Shown here: piece after piece, positions 27,462 through 36,846 of the stretch
How positions within the stretch are numbered: the first letter of the stretch is position 1
Layout of the letters: every line of letters begins with the position of its first letter
Origin: Vicinamibacterales bacterium
GTDB lineage: Bacteria; Acidobacteriota; Vicinamibacteria; Vicinamibacterales; UBA8438
Assembly: GCA_963665465.1 (NCBI GenBank)
Contig: OY762226.1
Coordinates: forward strand, 5,387,986 to 5,451,985
Length of the DNA stretch: 64,000 bases
Direction of reading: 5' to 3'
Program-made: the position numbers and the translations under genes
Notes under the pieces: generated by a model
Databases searched by the model: none
What the model saw: only the letters and a program-made list of their open reading frames with translations
Told to the model about the DNA's origin: nothing

Positions 27462-27644
27462 TCACCCACGTCGCTGACGGATACTGTCCAGCAACGCCGT
27501 CACCGCTTGGGTGACGACTTGCCCGAGGGAGAGCCCACTGCGTCGAGCGTACGCGCGGATTGCCCGTACCGTGCTGACAGGAAGCTTGAAGGTGATCGCG
27601 ACGGTCGGCTCGACCGCCGGGACAGGGTCGCTCAGCCCGGCCGC
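27462..27644 (-). pseudogene. 3' half of the small RHH-like gene (copy B), fused to IS1634-derived sequence
   Basis: AAGLSDPVPAVEPTVAITFKLPVSTVRAIRAYARRSGLSLGQVVTQAVTALLDSIRQRRG is identical to copy A. The N-terminal 54 aa of ORF 27462..27803 are IS1634 transposase sequence. Confidence 0.7.
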
Positions 27645-28256
27645 CGGGATCTCGAAGTCGACGCCGAGCAACTCGCCGAGGCCGCTGCGCTGCTGCAGCC
27701 AGCGGTGCGTCTCGCGCTCGGAGGCCGGGTGGGCTATGCGCCCGACGATGACGCCGGCCGCCGCTGTGCGCAGCGCGCCGTTGACACCCAGGCGGGCCAA
27801 CAAGTCCGGCAGGCCGACCTGATCGAGCGCCTACAGACCCAACTGCTCGACGCCGATGCTGCGGGGGCGGACCAGGCGCAACGAGTCGACGTCGACCCGC
27901 TGGATGTCGGCCGCTGCGCCGGTCGGCCTGCTCGCCTCGGCGCCGCGGGCGAGCAACTGCGCGGCGATGCGCTGCGCTTCCTCTTCGACGGCGGGCGGGC
28001 AATCGGCCATCAGCGGCACCTGGCCGCCCAGCACGTCGGCGATGCGGGTGCACAGCAGCGGCCAGTCAGCCTGGGCAATGTCGAAGTGGCGCCCGAGGTT
28101 GAGCAGCGTGCGCTGACGCACGGTGTGACCGAGGCGTTCGGTGTGGACCAGGCGGTGCGAGAAATAGGGCTTGCCGTCAGCGGTCCGGCGGGTCTGGGTG
28201 CGCCGAATGAACACGCTGCCACGATAGCGGGGTGTGCTACCGCCGGGCAAGGTCAC
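27645..28256 (-). pseudogene. IS1634-family (IS4-related) transposase, N-terminal fragment with in-frame TAG
   Basis: GSVFIRRTQTRRTADGKPYFSHRLVHTERLGHTVRQRTLLNLGRHF... then ...GRIAHPASERETHRWLQQRSGLGELLGVDFE. There is an in-frame stop at 27831..27833. The fragment is truncated at 27645. Confidence 0.55.
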
Positions 28257-28383
28257 TAATACGATTATGGCACTACATTGCGTTCTGCCAAATCCCGATC
28301 ATTTAGAATCAACAAGTTGCAGGCGCACACGCCTCAAAATACCGCCCAAAAGGGCAGAATCGCCCGTCAACCTGGTAAACATG

Positions 28384-28674
28384 GGCCAGCACCCGGAACG
28401 CCACGTCCTCTTCCAGCTTCTTCGCTACCCCCCGCGACGAACACACCCCCGTCGAGTACGCGTAGAGCAGCACCTTCACCATCATCCGAGGGTCATACGG
28501 CGCGTTGCGCCGACCGTCCCCCTCATACGGCGCGTAGAACGCCGTCAGATCCAGACCGTCCACCAGATCGCTGATGTGGTGCGCCAAATGACCGTCTGGC
28601 AGCCACTCCCGTACATCCGGCGGCAACAGCAGCGACTGGTCGGGTGCGTAGCGGCGAAGAGTCGTCGACATCAA
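28384..28674 (-). pseudogene. IS1182-family transposase, N-terminal ~97-codon fragment
   Basis: MSTTLRRYAPDQSLLLPPDVREWLPDGHLAHHISDLVDGLDLTAFY...KKLEEDVAFRVLA parallels the N-terminus of 19395..20717. Similarity ends near 28384, where the low-GC IS1634 end begins. Confidence 0.75.
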
Positions 28675-28697
28675 GTCCTTCCTCTGGGACAGGCGCG

Positions 28698-31600
28698 TCA
28701 GTCGAGCACGCCGACGCTACCGCCGACCAGGAAGCGGCGGCCGAAGGGCGAGTGGTTCAAGGAACCGAACCAGGTCACGAGCCGGCCGCTCGCCAACCGC
28801 AGCCCGTATTCGCTTCGGGCATCCAGCACCCACTCGTCCGGATCCGCCTCGGGCAGGTAGCGGCGGTGGACCTGGTCCTGCCACAGCGCCCCGCCGCCGA
28901 TGGCCGAGTCGCCCCAGCGCGGCGACACCGACAGCGACAGCCCCTCCTGGTCCTGGTTGCCCACGCTGAGCGTCACCCCCACGCCCCGCTCGCGGTAGCC
29001 CGCCGCCGAGTGCACCGCCAGCACCCGGCCCTGCGCATCGACGCGCACCCTGCCGGCTGCCGCCCGCAGCCCGCCGGCCACCTCGAGGCCGCCGCCCGGC
29101 TGGCCCGCCCCTCCGTCGCGACGCACGTGCGCCTCGCCGAACGGAGCCAGCGAGACCCCGCCCAGCCGGAGCGGCCGCGACACCTCGGCCCCCACCCGCA
29201 CCTGGTTCACCGCCGCCGTCTGGTCGTCTATGGACTCCTCGCCCGCCGCGGTCCGCAACTGTGCCCACGCCCCGTCGGCCCGCACGCCGAACCGCCAGCC
29301 GCCGGCCGCCGCGCCCAGCCGCCGCCGCAGCTCGACGAGGCCCAGCCGCAATCCCAGTCCGCTCGCTCCCCGCCGGCCGCTCCGGCGCACGTTCTCCGCC
29401 GCGCCCCAGCCGCCGCCCGCCGTCGCCCACACCGACGTCGCCCCGTCCGCCCACTGCACGTAGGGATGCACGGCCGTCAGCGTCGTCGCCAGCGCGCCCT
29501 GCGACCCGCCCGCGCGCCAGTCGCCGCGGCCGCGGCTGCGCGCCACCGCCAGGCCGGCCAGCCAGCGCTCCGTCACCCAGGTGTCCACGCCCGCGTAGCC
29601 GGTCAGCAGCGAGCCGTCGTAGCCGGCGGCTGCCGACGGCTCGCCCTGGAACGCCTGGACGTCGCCCTGGCCCCACACCTGCCAGCGCCGCCCCGGCCCA
29701 CGCCCTTCGTCGGCATCCTGCCCGCCGCCCAGCGACAGCAGGAACTCCGAGCCGCGCAGCGGGTCCGCGCCGCCGCCGAAGCCGCCGAGGCCGCCGAGGC
29801 CGCCGAAGCTCCCGAAGCCTCCAGGGCCGCCCGTGACGCCGGCGACCCCGCCCCGCCCGGCGGCGGCCACGCCGTGCAGTCCGGCAGCCGCTGGCATCTC
29901 GCCCGTTGCCGGACCTCGGGCCGCCGGCACGCCGGACCCTCCGCCGCCCGCGCCGAATCCCGGCCTGCCGGCCGGGCTGCCATAGGGGGTCGTCCAGGAC
30001 GACAGCCAGCTCGCCAGCATCTGCTCACCCGCCGCCCGCGCCGCAGCCTGTCCCAACGGTATCCCGCGCCCCAGCAAGGTGAGACGGGACCCTTCCGCGC
30101 GGCCTGCCGTCACCCGCCGGCCCAGGGTCATCCGCGCGCTTGCCAGGTGCGAGCGGGCCATGCCTGCCAGCGTGTCCCGCACCACCCCGCGGACGAACCG
30201 ATCGCTCACCCCTACCGCGAACGTCTGCGTCGCCGTCAGGCCGCCCTCGTCCTCGGCCGTCACCGTTACCGCCGCCGACCCGTAGTCCGCCGGCGCCAGC
30301 GTCAGCACCGCTCCGGTGACCGCCGCCGCCGCCACCGACGGGTCCGACGACGACGCGCGGTACGCTAGCGCGTCCCCGTCGATGTCCTCGAAGAACGGCG
30401 TCAGCTCCACCGTCGCCGCGTCGCCGCCCTCGTCGAGCACCTGGTCCGGGATCACGCCGACCGCCACCGGCGAGTCGTTCACCGCCCGCACGGTCACCTC
30501 GACCGCCGCCTCCGTCGTCGCGCCGTTTCCGTCCGCGACCACGTAGGTGAACCGGTCCACGCCGTGGTAGTTCACAGCGGGCGTGTAGCGCACCGCGCCA
30601 CCCGTGACCGCGGTCGCCCCGTGCGCCGGCGCCGACAGCGATGCCACTCGCAGCTCATCCCCATCCGGGTCGGTGTCGTTCGCCAGCACGTCGACCGTGA
30701 CCCCTTGGTCTTCGTCGGTGGCCGCCTCGTCGTCGTTCGCCTCCGGCGGCTCGTTCATGTCGGTGATGGTTACGAGGACGCCCACATCCGCCTCCACCCC
30801 GTACGGGTCGCGGACGCGCACCGTCAGCTCGTAGCGCTTCGCCTCCGATTCGAAGTCCTCGCCGGGACCGATGTACCGCAGCGCCCCGTCTCGCGCCCCG
30901 ACCTCGAAGCGCGACCGGTCGCCGGACGCCAGCTCGTACGTCAGCTCGTCGCCGTCGAGGTCTGTGGCCGTCACCTCGCCGAGGGCGACCGGCCGCCGGC
31001 TGCCGTCGATGTTCTCGCCGAGCTCGAAGGCATACTCCGACGACTCGAACGCGGGCGGCTCGTTCATGTTGGTGATGGTTACGGCGACGCCCACTTCCGC
31101 CTCCGCCCCGTACGGGTCGCGGACGCGCACCGTCAACTCGTAGCGCTTCGCCTCCGATTCGAAGTCCTCGCCGGGACCGATGTACCGCAGCGCCCCGTCT
31201 CGCGCCCCGACCTCGAAGCGCGACCGGTCGCCGGACGCCAGCTCGTACGTCAGCTCGTCGCCGTCGAGGTCTGTGGCCGCCACCTCGCCGAGGGCGACCG
31301 GCCGCCGGCTGCCGTCGATGTTCTCGCCGAGCTCGAAGACATACTCCGACGACTCGAACTCGGGCGGCTCGTTCGCGACCTCGACGATCACCGTCGCCGA
31401 CGCCGAGGCGCCGTGCTCGTCGGAGACCCGCACGCGGAACCTGACCCGGCCGGTCGCCTCCGGCGCCGTCCAGCGTGCCGTCGCGGCGTCCGTCTCCTCG
31501 CCGAAGACGCCCTCCGGTGCACTCCACGCGTACGTCAGGTCGTCGCCGTCCGGATCGGACGCCGTGGCGGTCAGTTGCACCTCGCCGCCCGGGGGCACCG

Positions 31601-32105
31601 TGCACGGGTCGCATGACACCGACACGCGGGGCCGCAGGTTCGGCGGGGGCTCGGGGGGCTCTGATGGCTCTGAGGGCTCGGGGGGCTCGGGGGGCCGCGG
31701 CACGTCAATGGTCGCGGGGGCTCCCGTTCCTTCCGCATTGCGCGCTCGAACCCTTACCGTGTAGGCGTCGCCCGCGCCCACCCCGGAGATCTCGAAGCTG
31801 GTCGTGGTGGTTGTGGCTTGCGTCCACGTGGAGCTGCCCTGCAGCCGGTACTCGTAGTCGTAGCCGGCTACCGCCGTGCCGGCGGCTCCGCTGCCCGACA
31901 TGCGCGCGGTGTCGAACGGAACGACGACGCTGCTGTCGCTCCCGTCCAGGAAGCCGGCGGGGGGAGCCCAGTTGACGGAGAGGATCCCCGTGTCGCTGTC
32001 GAGGCTTCCCGTGAGCGAGCGCACCGGCGCCGGTGGACCCGCATCCTTCACCACGACCGTCAACTCCAGGCCGAACCGTCGCAGCCGGTCCTCTGGCCCT
32101 CTCCC
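28698..32105 (-). CDS. Autotransporter adhesin, main part (FN3, PKD-like, cadherin repeats, beta-barrel); N-terminus lies in another frame
   Basis: The C-terminal ~300 aa is an autotransporter beta-domain-like region. Two near-identical 103-aa cadherin-type repeats are present (NEPPxFESSEY.FELGENIDGSRRPVALGEV.ATDLDGDELTYEL). DPDGD motifs and an FN3-like domain follow LELTVVVKDAGPPAPV. Upstream of ~32105 this frame is Arg-rich nonsense. Confidence 0.7.
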   Translation of the reverse strand, partial: GRGPEDRLRRFGLELTVVVKDAGPPAPVRSLTGSLDSDTGILSVNWAPPAGFLDGSDSSVVVPFDTARMSGSGAAGTAVAGYDYEYRLQGSSTWTQATTTTTSFEISGVGAGDAYTVRVRARNAEGTGAPATIDVPRPPEPPEPSEPSEPPEPPPNLRPRVSVSCDPCTVPPGGEVQLTATASDPDGDDLTYAWSAPEGVFGEETDAATARWTAPEATGRVRFRVRVSDEHGASASATVIVEVANEPPEFESSEYVFELGENIDGSRRPVALGEVAATDLDGDELTYELASGDRSRFEVGARDGALRYIGPGEDFESEAKRYELTVRVRDPYGAEAEVGVAVTITNMNEPPAFESSEYAFELGENIDGSRRPVALGEVTATDLDGDELTYELASGDRSRFEVGARDGALRYIGPGEDFESEAKRYELTVRVRDPYGVEADVGVLVTITDMNEPPEANDDEAATDEDQGVTVDVLANDTDPDGDELRVASLSAPAHGATAVTGGAVRYTPAVNYHGVDRFTYVVADGNGATTEAAVEVTVRAVNDSPVAVGVIPDQVLDEGGDAATVELTPFFEDIDGDALAYRASSSDPSVAAAAVTGAVLTLAPADYGSAAVTVTAEDEGGLTATQTFAVGVSDRFVRGVVRDTLAGMARSHLASARMTLGRRVTAGRAEGSRLTLLGRGIPLGQAAARAAGEQMLASWLSSWTTPYGSPAGRPGFGAGGGGSGVPAARGPATGEMPAAAGLHGVAAAGRGGVAGVTGGPGGFGSFGGLGGLGGFGGGADPLRGSEFLLSLGGGQDADEGRGPGRRWQVWGQGDVQAFQGEPSAAAGYDGSLLTGYAGVDTWVTERWLAGLAVARSRGRGDWRAGGSQGALATTLTAVHPYVQWADGATSVWATAGGGWGAAENVRRSGRRGASGLGLRLGLVELRRRLGAAAGGWRFGVRADGAWAQLRTAAGEESIDDQTAAVNQVRVGAEVSRPLRLGGVSLAPFGEAHVRRDGGAGQPGGGLEVAGGLRAAAGRVRVDAQGRVLAVHSAAGYRERGVGVTLSVGNQDQEGLSLSVSPRWGDSAIGGGALWQDQVHRRYLPEADPDEWVLDARSEYGLRLASGRLVTWFGSLNHSPFGRRFLVGGSVGVLD

Positions 32106-32994
32106 GGAAGGTTGTTGAGACTGTGCCCGCTGCTGACGCGGACCTTGTAGAGGTTGTCGCCGCCGCTGTCGGTCGGGGTCTCGTAGTCGGGCGCGGCCGT
32201 GAGATTCAAGCGGCCGGTCCCGGAACTGGCGGATGTGGAGGTGGGTGTCACCGCAAAGAGGGTGCTGTCCTCGCCGGCGGAGGACGGCCATGCCGAGAAC
32301 GTCACCGCGTCGCCGGCCACCAGGCACCTGTAGGTCATGACGGGATCGCCGGTCCCCCAGGTGCGCGTACCCGTGCCGTGGGCCGACCAGGCGAAGGCCA
32401 GGGCCGGGTCTACGGTTGCACCCTCGTAGATCTCGATCCGCGGAGTGCCCCAACGCAGGTCGCCGATGGACTGTGCGTCCGTGAACTGGGCCGACGCGTC
32501 GTACCTCACCCGGATAATGAACGCGGCCTGGCTTGTCGCGCCCTCGAAGATCCCCCCGTCCACCTGCACGTCGGCGCCGACCGCCCCGGAGGCGCCGTAT
32601 ACCGCGGCGAAAGCAGCGGGAGACACGGACTGCGGCGTGATCCGGATCTTCGTGTTGCCCTCGAGAAAAGTGGCGTCCAGCAGCAAATCCGTTATGGGCA
32701 CGACGCTGCCGCCGACCAGCTCCCCCCTGAGCTCGTAGGTGGAGGAGGAGGAACCCGCGGAAAACGTGATCTCGTTCTTCGGAGTAGCGGGCTGGTGGCC
32801 GGCAGGGAAGAGCACGTAGCTCGGGGTCTGCGCGCGGCCAGGTGCGACGGACGTCGCAGCGAACGCGAGGGCCGCGATGACCACCGCCGGCCGGGGCAAC
32901 GGGCGATGGCGAACGCCTCCGCCCCACGCCGGCCGCCGGCGGTCGCGTACCCGTTCCTCCACCCCTGCATGAACCATTGGATGCATCTCGTACA
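32060..32994 (-). CDS. N-terminal part of the same adhesin (signal peptide plus passenger start), separated by an apparent frameshift
   Basis: RPAVVIAALAFAATSVAPGRAQT is signal-like, followed by a beta-rich passenger ending ...DYETPTDSGGDNLYKVRVSS. The frame stops at 32060 while the downstream domain continues in another frame. The start codon is uncertain (33037 / 32995 / 32986). Confidence 0.55.
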
Positions 32995-33423
32995 TGACAC
33001 GTCTCGCGCTCAGCGGCGCCGCCGTCCGCCGCCGCATACTCTGTCGGCGTCTCGCTGCTCTGCGGATCCTCGTCAGGTCTACTGGTGCGGCCTCACCAGG
33101 CCAACAACTCGCCGCACGCGGTGCTATTGGTTGACCGCCGCGTCGCCAAGGCGCCTACGACCTCCAAAGGATGTTCGTTTCCCGGTAAGACACCCTTCGG
33201 TTATTACTGGCGTCGCGAGGACGGAAACCGAACGCACGTCGGCAACTTTTTCTTCACGAGCCGGCTCTCCACTGCCCGATCCTGCGGTTGGGAGGTCGGG
33301 GTGGTCGTCGACGGCGCGTAATCTTTCGCCCGGCCGTTCGGTTTCCGGATCCCATCCGCCTATAGAAACAAGAGCTTTGCGTCGAGGGGTCTCGCCGTCG
33401 TCACCGCACCGCGGCGGCGGGTC

Positions 33424-33690
33424 TTGCTGGCCGACCGGAGCACCGAGATTGCGAATCTCGACGCGCGGCTCTGGACCCGGATCGCCGGCGTACGGACCGA
33501 GATTGCGAATCTGCACACCAGGCTCATCCGGTGGATGGTCGGGGCGGTGATCACGACCGCCACGTTGACCGTCGGGATCCTGCACCTCAATCGGGCAGGC
33601 GCGGGCGATCTCGGCTGGCAGGGGGGGAATGCGGCGACACTTGCTACGGGTGGAGCGACTGCTCGCCGCGGATGGTCACGCTGCGGATGA
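33424..33690 (+). CDS. Hypothetical small coiled-coil/TM protein
   Basis: It has a TTG start. RSTEIANLDARLWTRIAGVRTEIANLHTRLIRWMVGAVITTATLTVGILHL is a heptad-like repeat followed by a TM helix. Support is weak. Confidence 0.25.
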   Translation: MLADRSTEIANLDARLWTRIAGVRTEIANLHTRLIRWMVGAVITTATLTVGILHLNRAGAGDLGWQGGNAATLATGGATARRGWSRCG

Positions 33691-35486
33691 TCACAAGGAT
33701 GCGTCCAGATCGACGATTGTCAATTGCATCGACGACCTCGCTCGGCAACCGGGTACGGTTCGATGCCCTTGCCGTTCTGGTTCTTGGCCTGCTTGGGTTG
33801 ACCGCCGGCAGTCCCGGGGCGCAGGGTCCCGTCTGGACGGATGATCCGCTGGTGCCGGGCGTGACAACGATCAAGACGGCGCACTTCACGGAGCTGCGGA
33901 CTCGCATCAACGACCTGCTCGCTGGTTGCGGTAGTCCGGCCTTCGCGTTCACCGACGCCACGTTGAAAGCCGGTGAGACACCCGTCCGGGCCGTGCACGT
34001 CATCGAGCTGCGGGCGGCGTTGGGCCGCGCCTACGATGCCTGCGACGGCATCCGCCCGACCTGGTCCGACCCGTCGCCGGCACGGGGCTCAGCGATCCGG
34101 GCCCGCCACCTGACCGAGCTGCGCGATGTGATCGGCGCTCTCTCGGCTCGATCTCCATCGCTGGAGTCGTACTACGCATACATCCCCCTCAACGTCGTCG
34201 ACCCGAGCTATCCGCTCCAAGGATCCCTTAACGCATCCGCGGATCTCGACGGCGACGGGAATGAAGACTTGATCATCTTGGGCAACGACTATCCCGACGG
34301 CGAATCGACAAGCTACAGCCCCCAGCCGGGACGCGTCCTCTTGGGTGACGGCGACGGCGGATTCACGGTGGCACCGAGTGAGCTGTATCCCGTTGACACG
34401 TTGAATACCGTCCACCCTCGAAACGTGCCCTTCGGCGACCTGAACGGGGATGGGCGACTGGACATGTTCGTCGCCGACCACGGTTGGGACGCCGATCCAT
34501 GGCCGGGTGAACAGAATCGCTTGTATCTGTCGCGGCCGGGTGGCGGCTGGCGTGACGCCACCGACGAGCTGCCGCAGCTCAGCGACTTCTCTCATTCAGC
34601 GGCCATCGGCGACGTCCGCGGCCGTGGCGTGATTGACATCATCGTCGGTAACGGCTACCCCGGGCAGAACGGGATTCTGCCGTACGCGCTTCTGAACGAT
34701 GGTCATGGGTCGTTCGAGCTCGAGCGAGCCATCCTGCCCGTCGGCCCCGGCGAGACGATGGACGCCAACAGCGCGCACGTCTTCCCGGGGACCGTACTGA
34801 CGGACCTCGATAGCGACGGGCTGCCGGAGTTGATCGTGACAGCCGACGCCGGCCATCCTTATCCTCACCACAAGAACCACAACTCAACCATCTTCTGGAA
34901 CCGCTCGGGAGCATTCAGCGAAACGTACAAGACAGTCCTGCCCAAGCCCGCGCCGCTCGTCGATTCCCACATCGACCTCCATGCTGCCAGCATCGACGTT
35001 GATGGCGACGGCGTGCAGGATCTGATCGTTGTGGGAACCCAAGGCGATCCCTTCTATGACGGCTGGTTCGTCCAGTTGTTGATGAACCGGGGCGACGGCA
35101 CGTTCATCGACGAGACGTCCAGTCGACTGCGAGCAGCCGAGTGGTTCGGCGGCAGCGCCGGAGAGGAGACCGGTGCGCCGTGGGCGCGGTGGGTAGAGGT
35201 TCTGGACTTCAATGGCGACGGGGTGTCGGACTTCGCGGTGGCACCCGTTTCGGGCGGACAAGGGCGGCTGCCCCAGAATCATCCGCTCATTTGGTTGAAT
35301 GATGGCAGCGGGCGGTTCGCGGCGCTCAAGGTGCAAGACTTCGTGCCGCCGGAAGACGAATGGCGGGTTGCCGGGTCGCAGCTCATGAAGACGCGCCACG
35401 GATACAGCTTCATTGACGCCGCGTCCTATGCGGGTAGCGGCGGTCTCATCGTCACGGGATTGCTGGCGACCCGGCCGTATCCCTAG
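33672..35486 (+). CDS. Secreted FG-GAP/VCBS-repeat protein with N-terminal triple TDP..H..ELR module
   Basis: Signal-like LAVLVLGLLGLTAGSPGAQG. Repeated DLDGDGxxDL / DLNGDGRLD / DVDGDGVQDL / DFNGDGVSD motifs are FG-GAP calcium loops. The start could be 33672, 33687 or 33699. Confidence 0.7.
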   Translation: MVTLRMITRMRPDRRLSIASTTSLGNRVRFDALAVLVLGLLGLTAGSPGAQGPVWTDDPLVPGVTTIKTAHFTELRTRINDLLAGCGSPAFAFTDATLKAGETPVRAVHVIELRAALGRAYDACDGIRPTWSDPSPARGSAIRARHLTELRDVIGALSARSPSLESYYAYIPLNVVDPSYPLQGSLNASADLDGDGNEDLIILGNDYPDGESTSYSPQPGRVLLGDGDGGFTVAPSELYPVDTLNTVHPRNVPFGDLNGDGRLDMFVADHGWDADPWPGEQNRLYLSRPGGGWRDATDELPQLSDFSHSAAIGDVRGRGVIDIIVGNGYPGQNGILPYALLNDGHGSFELERAILPVGPGETMDANSAHVFPGTVLTDLDSDGLPELIVTADAGHPYPHHKNHNSTIFWNRSGAFSETYKTVLPKPAPLVDSHIDLHAASIDVDGDGVQDLIVVGTQGDPFYDGWFVQLLMNRGDGTFIDETSSRLRAAEWFGGSAGEETGAPWARWVEVLDFNGDGVSDFAVAPVSGGQGRLPQNHPLIWLNDGSGRFAALKVQDFVPPEDEWRVAGSQLMKTRHGYSFIDAASYAGSGGLIVTGLLATRPYP

Positions 35487-35723
35487 CCCGCGCTTGGAAC
35501 TCCAGGCGAAGGCCGGCCCGGAAGACCCGCGGATTCAGAATCGCGATGATCTGGTGGTAGCGAGGCCCCGAGATGGTCCGGAAGTTCAGCACCGCCGCGT
35601 CGCAACAGACTGTGCTCCGTCACGCAAGAGCCTCCGTCGTGCCGAGAACGTCTCTCGTCAAGGCCGAGCGGGCGGCGGCCTGGCGAGGGCGAACGGCCAA
35701 CTTCTGGTGTCGGTGAATACATC

Positions 35724-36806
35724 GTGATCCTGTTTCTGGTGATGCCGGGCGGGTGGCGGAGGACGGCCCTGGCCCTCTTCACGATCGGGTGGGCGGTCGT
35801 GCTGGCGTGCCCGGCGGCGGCGCAGGAGTATCGGGTGTCGATCGAACGGAGCGGCGACGCCGAGCCGCGGTTCAGTGCGCCCGGCCGCCGCTCGTCGTAC
35901 TGGTTCGGGGTCAGCGTGAGCCGGGCCGACGAGCTCGAGTGCCTGACGCTGAAGGCGAGCAACACGGGCGTGTCGAAGCCCCGGCCGTTCGTCGGCCGGG
36001 TCGAGTTGAACGTCCCGCCGTGCTCGCTGCCGCCCCGCCCCGGCGCCGAACGCGGCGGTCGCGATCCGGAGCGCGTCAGCCTGCCGGTGCGGGCGCGCGA
36101 CTCGTTCTACTGGATCGCGCCGGAGTGCTCGGAGGGCGACCGCGCACGCCTGCAGTTCAACGTCATGGCCGAGTGGCGCGGGTCGGCCGGCGCACCCGTC
36201 AGGTGGGCGAACGCCGAGATCGACTTCTCGACGCTGCCGTCCTGCACGACGCCGCGCTCGTCCGGCGGCGGCGGTGGCAGCGGCAGCGCTGGAGGCGGCG
36301 GTGGTGGCAGCGCTGGAGGCGGCAGCGCCGGCCGCGGCGGTGGTGGCCGCACGGACGGGCGGCTGACTGCGTCTCCGGATCCTGTAACGGCGGGAGCCTC
36401 AGTCACGGTCACGGCGAGGCTGGGCGATGAGCACCGGGCGTGGGGACGTGTGTCGGGGGCAAACAGGCGGTCAGCCTGGTGGGGCCAGTCGTTCATTGCC
36501 ACGCCAGGGATGCAGAACGAGCTGGCGGGACGCGGGGCGCGGCTGGATCTGTCGGAGCTCTGCCCGACGCACAGGCCCGGCCGCGCGCATGAGCTCCGTA
36601 TCGATCCGCTGCTGAAGACCTGCACGTTCACCGTACCGGGTCATTCCTGCCGGAGCGGCACGCTGGGCAGGAAGTGCTGGCCCCTGCTCGTGGTGCTGTT
36701 CACCAGCGTCCCGTCGAGTGGCGGGCCGATCTTCTACAATCACCGGCTCTGCATCAGAGTCCGGCATCCGAGCGACAGCGGGATTGTCAGCCATGCCGAC
36801 TGCTGA
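35724..36806 (+). CDS. Hypothetical secreted protein with Gly/Ser-rich linker
   Basis: Signal peptide-like LALFTIGWAVVLACPAAAQE, a central GGGGGSGSAGGGGGGSAGGGSAGRGGGG linker, and Cys-rich flanks. No family was recognised. Confidence 0.4.
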   Translation: MILFLVMPGGWRRTALALFTIGWAVVLACPAAAQEYRVSIERSGDAEPRFSAPGRRSSYWFGVSVSRADELECLTLKASNTGVSKPRPFVGRVELNVPPCSLPPRPGAERGGRDPERVSLPVRARDSFYWIAPECSEGDRARLQFNVMAEWRGSAGAPVRWANAEIDFSTLPSCTTPRSSGGGGGSGSAGGGGGGSAGGGSAGRGGGGRTDGRLTASPDPVTAGASVTVTARLGDEHRAWGRVSGANRRSAWWGQSFIATPGMQNELAGRGARLDLSELCPTHRPGRAHELRIDPLLKTCTFTVPGHSCRSGTLGRKCWPLLVVLFTSVPSSGGPIFYNHRLCIRVRHPSDSGIVSHADC

Positions 36807-36846
36807 CGAGTTCATGGAGAGCTGACAGGCAGACGGCGGTTGGAGC

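Larger units (their letters stand above)
25631..27644 (-). mobile_element. Serine-recombinase IS-like element, copy B (right end deleted)
   Basis: It is co-linear with copy A (offsets 24899, 10015 and 10012) and has an intact recombinase gene. Homology ends at 27644, so the last 282 bp (counterpart of copy-A 17633..17914), including the right IR, are missing. Confidence 0.7.

Noticed and set aside
25645-28053. An 802-aa ORF that appears to give a giant recombinase.
   Set aside because: Only the part from MQMAAIYTRVSS (ATG at 27318) matches serine recombinases. The upstream 245 codons are Arg/Pro/Ala-rich read-through across the small-gene region and the IS1634 fragment.
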